From contig JBIKWF010000075.1 of assembly GCA_044356455.1 (NCBI GenBank), forward strand, positions 1 through 21,100: DNA of 21,100 nt, read 5' to 3'. Positions 16,306 through 21,100 of the stretch are shown piece after piece (the first letter of the stretch is position 1; every line of letters starts with the position of its first letter). The DNA comes from Bdellovibrionota bacterium. GTDB taxonomy: Bacteria; Bdellovibrionota_C; UBA2361; JBGSMV01. The position numbers and the translations under genes were made by a program. The notes beneath the pieces were generated by a model. It was not told the DNA's origin, searched no databases, and saw nothing but the letters and a program-made list of their open reading frames with translations.

Positions 16306-16998
16306 ATGGCCAAGAAAAAACCAGAGGAGATCTCGGAAGCAAACCCCGTAGGTGGATTCGCCTTTTTTCTCTCACTCTTTTTCCTTTGCTTTCTCGCCCT
16401 CCTTAATTCCAAAACAATTCTAGGACTGCTCACCTCTTTCGAGCTTACGCGCGGCGGCATTTTCCTTGCGCTTTTTGTCCTAGGGTTTCTAGGCACACGC
16501 GCGCTCTTTCCCGACCGGCTGTGCGTTTTCATCCATGAACTGAAACATTCCATCATTTCCAATTTGGCCGGTAACCGCGCCAAAAAACTTACCTTCGAAG
16601 ACCAAACGGGAGCCTTCACCTACGAGTACACAAAGCGAACCGCCGCCTACAACGCCTTCATCGCACTTGCCCCGTATTGGGTTCCCCTCTTTACCGTGGT
16701 TGGCCTGCCACTGGCTGCTCTTGCCGCACCTCACTATCCGCTTCTCGTAGTAGGAATTGGGGGGCTTTTGTTTGGGTCCGATTGGTACCTCAACATGCGC
16801 GATTTCTCGCCCCACCAAACGGATATCACCGGCATTCGCGGCGGATATGCGATTGGCGCTCTCTACATCCTGGCGATGAATGTGACCTTAAGTTCCATCG
16901 TCCTTGCCTGGGTGGCTCGCGACGTGGCGGGTCTACTCGCGCTGGTACAAAATCTTTGGGAGTTTGTATTAGAAGTTGTGCATGCCTTTCAGTTGTAG
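16306..16998 (+). CDS. Membrane zinc metallopeptidase, M50/M50B-like
   Basis: Several hydrophobic segments, FIHELKH (HExxH) next to a membrane helix, downstream IALAPY..P and HQTD. Start placed at MAKKK (16306) because the ORF-track start lies within the inverted repeat. Confidence 0.72.
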   Translation: MAKKKPEEISEANPVGGFAFFLSLFFLCFLALLNSKTILGLLTSFELTRGGIFLALFVLGFLGTRALFPDRLCVFIHELKHSIISNLAGNRAKKLTFEDQTGAFTYEYTKRTAAYNAFIALAPYWVPLFTVVGLPLAALAAPHYPLLVVGIGGLLFGSDWYLNMRDFSPHQTDITGIRGGYAIGALYILAMNVTLSSIVLAWVARDVAGLLALVQNLWEFVLEVVHAFQL

Positions 16999-17007
16999 GA
17001 ATTCGGC

Positions 17008-17289
17008 CTACGCTGCCTTTGTGCGCCGCTTGGTTGATGCCGTCGAGCGATCTACTTTCCCCATCAATAGCGCAGGAACTGAAATGTCTTCATCCACATC
17101 ATCCCAATGCAAGCCAACTCCACCACCACTAATGGTGTATTTTTTTCGCTGGGCACTGGAAGCTCGAGCAAGACGTGGGAAGTAAGCTAACGGCACTCCT
17201 AGCTGGCGCCCATCAGTAAGCTCAACCCACATATTGTCGGAATCAAATGAAACTGATTTTGCAAATGCCTCAAGATTTGAAGTGCTCAT
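17008..17289 (-). CDS. DUF2442 domain protein (predicted antitoxin-like)
   Basis: AKSVSFDSDNMWVELTDGRQLGVPLAYFPRLARAS..QR..Y.ISGGGVGLHWDDVDEDISVPALL is a typical DUF2442 pattern. Start ATG 17289. Confidence 0.88.
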   Translation of the reverse strand: MSTSNLEAFAKSVSFDSDNMWVELTDGRQLGVPLAYFPRLARASSAQRKKYTISGGGVGLHWDDVDEDISVPALLMGKVDRSTASTKRRTKAA

Positions 17290-17293
17290 TCCA
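17270..17293 (-). pseudogene. Possible vestigial 3' end of a DUF4160 partner gene
   Basis: An alternate frame across the DUF2442 start reads WNEHFKS*, resembling the W-N-E-x-F C-terminus of DUF4160 proteins that overlap DUF2442 starts. Sequence further upstream shows no resemblance. Confidence 0.4.
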
Positions 17294-17427
17294 CAAGATA
17301 TCATGTGCGGATAGAGAACAAAAGAAAGGAACAAAACTCCACTTTTGGTCTCTTTGAAATCGATCTAACCAACATATTTCAAGGGATCCACCTTCGAGCC
17401 CGCGAGATTCGATCCAAGACACTACAG

Positions 17428-18213
17428 TTAGCGGATTGCTTCGCCCGGCAATGAAAACGGCTCCGGATACCTAACCCAATCCAAATAAAGGCCATACGCA
17501 GGCGCCGTAACTCCTCCCTTCTGGCGATCCTTGGCCGCTAAAATCTCAGCCATCGAAGTATCCGCGAGTTGCCCTCGCGCAAGCCCTACCAAGGTGCCCA
17601 CCAAGCTCCGAACCATTTGCTTCAAAAATCCACGTCCCACCACCCGATACGTAACGTACGGCGGCTCAAAAATAATCTCGCTCTCTAACACCTCGCGAAT
17701 GGCATGTTTTGCGGAGCAATCCGTCGCGCGCACGCTGCTAAAATCATGCGTTCCTACAATGGCTTTCGCTTCTTGCGCCATACGCGCAACATCCACCCCC
17801 GGCCCAAGTTTCCAGGCGCGGTGATAATCAAGCACGGCGGGAGCATCCCGCACCACCATACGATAGGAATATTGCTTTGAATCAGCTGAGTTTCTGGCGT
17901 GAAATTCCAGGGGCACATAGTCGGCATGCACCACCGCAACTTCTCCTCGCATGAGGCTGCTCACAGAATAGCTAAGGCGAAACAAGTCGGGGGCTTCCTC
18001 AGGCGGACAGTCGAGCAAAAAATTAATCACTTGTCCGCGCGCATGAACCCCCGCATCGGTGCGGCCCGACACGTAAAGCGTGTGAATCTTACGCCTTGCC
18101 ACGACTTCAAGCACACGGTGCAGTTCTTCTTGAATAGTGCGTTGCCCTGGCTGCATCTGCCAGCCACTAAAGCGGCTACCATCGTATTCAAGCACCAAGC
18201 GAACGTTAAGCAT
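17428..18213 (-). CDS. truA: tRNA pseudouridine(38-40) synthase
   Basis: LEYDGSRFSGWQ.Q, GRTDAGVHARGQV, FHAR, GTHDFSS, GFLKQMVR.LVG, TAPAYGLYL. Start ATG 18213; the upstream in-frame extension is repeat-derived. Confidence 0.97.
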   Translation of the reverse strand: MLNVRLVLEYDGSRFSGWQMQPGQRTIQEELHRVLEVVARRKIHTLYVSGRTDAGVHARGQVINFLLDCPPEEAPDLFRLSYSVSSLMRGEVAVVHADYVPLEFHARNSADSKQYSYRMVVRDAPAVLDYHRAWKLGPGVDVARMAQEAKAIVGTHDFSSVRATDCSAKHAIREVLESEIIFEPPYVTYRVVGRGFLKQMVRSLVGTLVGLARGQLADTSMAEILAAKDRQKGGVTAPAYGLYLDWVRYPEPFSLPGEAIR

Positions 18214-18243
18214 GAGAAACCTACGGTGCGGAAGAAAATCCCC

Positions 18244-18299
18244 CCCCTTAGTGGTCTTAGTGTTCTTAGTGGTTGTATTTATAAACAACCACTAAGGGG
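18244..18299. repeat. Inverted repeat of 9-nt units between asd and truA
   Basis: CTTAGTGGT-CTTAGTGTT-CTTAGTGGT-TGT (18247-18276), AT-rich loop, ACAACCACTAAGGGG (18285-18299). Confidence 0.8.
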
Positions 18300-18310
18300 A
18301 AGAGCGCCCC

Positions 18311-19321
18311 CTATGCGCCAAATCGCTCGATAAGTCGCTCAGCAATTTGAACGGCATTAAGCGCCGCTCCCTTTCTCACATTATCCGCTACAATCCATAA
18401 CGAGAGGCCATGGGGGACAGAAAGATCTTTGCGAATACGACCCACATGAATCTCGTCCGTTCCCGCAGTTTGAATCTGCATCGGGTACTCCCCGACCGTA
18501 GGATACACTTGGACCCCAAGCGTCCCTTCCAAAACTTTGGTCGCTTCCGCAACTGAAAGCTCTCTCTCAAGTTCAATGTTTACACTCTCGGCGTGCGAAT
18601 AAAGCACCGGGACTCGCACAGCTGTCGCTGTGATGCGCAAATCGGGGAGCCCAAGAATTTTTCGGCTCTCGTTAATAATTTTGTGTTCTTCCTTTGTGAA
18701 GCCGTCCTCGAGCAGCAAATCAATTTGAGGAATACAGTTAAACGCTATCTGGTGCTGGAACTGCTCGCTCTCAAAAGGCTTCTGATTAAATATGGAAAGC
18801 GTCTGCTCCCACAATTCATCGAGCGCTGCTTTACCTGCCCCCGAAACGGACTGGTACGTCGATACCACTACCCTCTTTAATCCCGCGGCTTTGTGGAGGG
18901 CTTGAAGAACAGGAACAAGTTGAATGGTCGAGCAATTTGGATTCGCTATCAGCCTTGTGCGCTCCTCAATGGTTTCGCCGTTCACTTCGGGAACCACCAG
19001 AGGCACTTTGGGATCCATGCGGAAGAAGCTCGAGTTATCGATGGCAAAGGCGCCCGCCTCTACTGCAATGGGAACATATTTTGAGGCAAGCTCCGCGCTC
19101 GTCGCAAAAAGCGCAATGTCCACGCCGTTAAAGGAATCATTACCAAGTTCCGCAACGGCTACTTCGCTATCCCCGACTTTGTACACCTCACCTGCCGACT
19201 CCTTAGAGGCGAACAGGCGAACTTCTGCGGCAGGAACTTTTCTTTGATCCAGCACGGCAACCATTTCATTGCCGACAAGGCCAGTGGCGCCCACAACTGC
19301 GATAACAGGGTTCTTTTTCAT
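18311..19321 (-). CDS. asd: Aspartate-semialdehyde dehydrogenase
   Basis: VVGATGLVG, IDNSSFFRM...PLVVPEVN, catalytic IANPNCSTIQ, YQSVSGAG, NCIPQID, RVPV..SHAES, DNVRKGAALNAVQIAE. Confidence 0.98.
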   Translation of the reverse strand: MKKNPVIAVVGATGLVGNEMVAVLDQRKVPAAEVRLFASKESAGEVYKVGDSEVAVAELGNDSFNGVDIALFATSAELASKYVPIAVEAGAFAIDNSSFFRMDPKVPLVVPEVNGETIEERTRLIANPNCSTIQLVPVLQALHKAAGLKRVVVSTYQSVSGAGKAALDELWEQTLSIFNQKPFESEQFQHQIAFNCIPQIDLLLEDGFTKEEHKIINESRKILGLPDLRITATAVRVPVLYSHAESVNIELERELSVAEATKVLEGTLGVQVYPTVGEYPMQIQTAGTDEIHVGRIRKDLSVPHGLSLWIVADNVRKGAALNAVQIAERLIERFGA

Positions 19322-19404
19322 AACTACTCTTCCTTTCTGGAAGTAGTGTCGTTTGGAGATTGGGGGTATGTCAAATCGGGAGGGGGCCGATTTATTCGCC
19401 CTCC

Positions 19405-19447
19405 CTAAGTGCTTTTAGTGTTCTTAGTGGTTGTTTGAAAACACCAC
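19405..19447. repeat. Degenerate 9-nt-unit repeat upstream of asd
   Basis: CTAAGTGCT-TTTAGTGTT-CTTAGTGGT-TGTTT followed by a decayed arm AAACACCAC. Shares the exact 20-mer TTAGTGTTCTTAGTGGTTGT with 18257-18276. Confidence 0.7.
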
Positions 19448-19468
19448 AACTACGAGGAGATAGGCTGA

Positions 19469-19906
19469 CTAGAGCTCGTCCGCCAGGTCAAGAATCCTTG
19501 CGCGCTCTGCCTTTTCAAGCTGGCGCTTAAGCTCCACCGAGTCGAAGGGCTTGGCAACTACCCCTAGTGCCCCCGCTGCTTGTGCCTGCTTAACGTTATT
19601 TATCGAGGGTTCGGCCGTAATGAGAAAAGCCTTGGTCTCTTTGAGAAGTCCTCTCGTTTGAAGCTTCTCGAGCAGATCCCCCCCCGTTGATCCGTCAGGA
19701 AAGTGAAAGTCTACAAAAAGCAGCTTGAATTTTCCCGGGTCCGCCTCAAGCAGGCGCATCCCCTCTTCCGTTGAATCGACCGAAACGACATGGTGAAATC
19801 CTACCGTGCGCTCTAACATCATGCGCAGGATGCGCGCGTACTGGGGATTATCGTCCACGATGAGGACGGAGTTCTCTGGGTCGAGAATTGATTCTTTGCT
19901 CGTCAT
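19469..19906 (-). CDS. Single-domain response regulator (CheY-like receiver)
   Basis: VLIVDDN, phospho-acceptor Asp in LFVDFHFPD, ITA, AGA.GVVAKPF; no output domain. Confidence 0.92.
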   Translation of the reverse strand: MTSKESILDPENSVLIVDDNPQYARILRMMLERTVGFHHVVSVDSTEEGMRLLEADPGKFKLLFVDFHFPDGSTGGDLLEKLQTRGLLKETKAFLITAEPSINNVKQAQAAGALGVVAKPFDSVELKRQLEKAERARILDLADEL

Positions 19907-19996
19907 CGTTCAATTACTCGTCTTGCGCTTCAAGCCTGAAACTTGTCTCTATTAGGGTCGGCAATCCCTCTGCTATTCTTTACAAGAATCTCTGAT

Positions 19997-20758
19997 ATGA
20001 ACTCCCCCTCGTCCCCACATTTTAAAACCAAGCAAGGTCTTCAAATTACGGGGCTTTCTGCGCCGCAGTATGCGGAAATGTGGCAGTCACTTCTTGACCA
20101 TTACGGCCTGCATCCGACCCAACTTGTAGAGGCCAGCTCCTACAGCATGGCTATGGTAGTGCGCTATGCCCTCGGACTTACGGCAGATGAGGGCAAAGTT
20201 ATTACCCTGGCTGCCAATAGGCCCGCGGGTTGGGTCGCTCTTGCTACCATGAGGCACCTTGTCACCGCAGGTGCCGACGGAATCGTCGTCCTAGATACCT
20301 CAGACCCCAGTGAAGGAGAGCTGGCGAGGCAGCTTTTCACCCTTGAGCGGCTAGGAATTCCCGTCGTAGCTCTGGACGATCTATTAGCCGATGACCCGAA
20401 CCGTTTCTTTGAGAGCTGTCACAACGTCATCTGTGGTTGGTACAACCGGGAATCCCAGCCTACCGCTTCGGTTTCGCGCTTAGTGGATATGCTCAACGAG
20501 GCCTCAACACCAGTCCACACTATCGAGGCCCCACTCGGAATGGATCCCACCACGGGCGCGATGGGCTCGGTGCCCTTGTATGCATCCTCGACTCTATCCC
20601 TTGGCGCACCATTTAGCGGACTGCATGCAGCGAATGACCTCGTAGGGCGCCACTATCTTTGCGATATTTCCTGCCCGCGAGAGCTCTACGAGAAGTACGG
20701 CCTTGATATCACCAAAGCCTTTGCCGAGCAGCCGGTGGTACAGATTAGTCCGCTGTAA
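19997..20758 (+). CDS. Stand-alone YjeF N-terminal-domain protein (NAD(P)HX epimerase fold), catalytic motifs degenerate
   Basis: Motif order matches YjeF_N: YGL...QLVEASS, ..ALATMRHL...G, IEAPLGMD.TTG, A..TLSLG.P..GL, VG..YLCDI. Start placed at ATG 19997, with a TGcTATTCT extended -10-like box at 19971-19979. Confidence 0.75.
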   Translation: MNSPSSPHFKTKQGLQITGLSAPQYAEMWQSLLDHYGLHPTQLVEASSYSMAMVVRYALGLTADEGKVITLAANRPAGWVALATMRHLVTAGADGIVVLDTSDPSEGELARQLFTLERLGIPVVALDDLLADDPNRFFESCHNVICGWYNRESQPTASVSRLVDMLNEASTPVHTIEAPLGMDPTTGAMGSVPLYASSTLSLGAPFSGLHAANDLVGRHYLCDISCPRELYEKYGLDITKAFAEQPVVQISPL

Positions 20759-20835
20759 TACTGGGGAACCTGCCAAGAGCCGGCGCGAAAGATCACGCGG
20801 CACCGCGGGGGTCGCCTACCGGCAGAGGCGGAACG

Positions 20836-21100
20836 CGGCCCCCCACCAAGATGCCGCACCCCTAGGTAGGGCGCGCCGTCCCCGGCGTGCCGAATCAAAT
20901 GCCACAGGGCATCCATTACCATTTACGATTTCGCAATCCGTGAGGTGGAAAGACACATGCCAGGTGCCAGTGTGGGGAATCTTGCGGCACCGAAGGGGCC
21001 CGGCCCCCTACCAAGATGCCGCACCCCTAGGTAGGGCGCGCCGTCCCCGGCGTGCCGAATCAAATGCCACAGGGCATCCATTACCATTTACGATTTCGCA
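20836..21100. repeat. Tandem REP-containing array (BIME-like), 165-bp period, runs off the window edge
   Basis: 20836-20935 and 21001-21100 match at 99/100. Each carries GTAGGGCGCGCCGTCCCCGGCGTGCCGAAT (20866-20895, 21031-21060). A degenerate inverted REP (GCGGCACC...CCCTACC) lies at about 20984-21012. Confidence 0.9.

Noticed and set aside
16995..17011. GTAGG...CCTAC mini-palindrome between convergent genes
   Set aside because: Only 5 bp and largely explained by two facing TAG stop codons.
18214..18288. N-terminal extension of TruA (MFINTTTKNTKTTK...) and small ORFs 12088..12345, 15329..15532 and the 16210 start
   Set aside because: These are translations of the 9-nt repeat arms (TKNTKTTK, AKDAKDAK, TEDAE), not convincing proteins.
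20686..20922. 78-aa minus-strand ORF at the right end
   Set aside because: Runs through the REP array and antisense to the YjeF_N gene; no protein-like features.
20836..21100. Possible CRISPR array
   Set aside because: Period is 165 bp, sequence between the palindromes is repeated rather than unique, and no cas genes are present; REP/BIME fits better.

Overview
A core-genome stretch from a diderm bacterium of roughly 50-55% GC by eye. Gene style and order resemble a deltaproteobacterial/Bdellovibrionota-type organism (inference only). Left to right: a 5'-truncated LysM lipoprotein; a minus-strand nucleotide-sugar/envelope block (in transcription order lptD, rfbB, rfbD, manC, a largely disordered protein with a C-terminal carboxypeptidase-regulatory-like domain, gmd, rmd); accD; a Nif3-like protein; pgk; a short orphan FlgM-like gene; an M50-type HExxH membrane peptidase; an orphan DUF2442 gene; truA; asd; a single-domain response regulator; and a degenerate YjeF_N protein. 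The strongest unexplained signal is intergenic: three interleaved families of small non-autonomous repeats with no cognate transposase in the window. (1) GTAG-type REP/REPIN elements, including a 165-bp-period tandem at the right edge. (2) IS5-like MITEs with GGAACCTCTGA ends, one with a perfect TTAG target duplication and inserted directly beside a REP. (3) Hairpins built from 9-nt units (consensus about RMCRCNRAG) at five loci, two of them inside the MITEs. Two enzymes have lost canonical motifs: PGK (HLGR replaced by HFED) and the YjeF_N protein (no GNNGGD, Edc3-like). No rRNA, tRNA, CRISPR array or intact transposase was recognised. All family calls come from motif recognition, not database searches.
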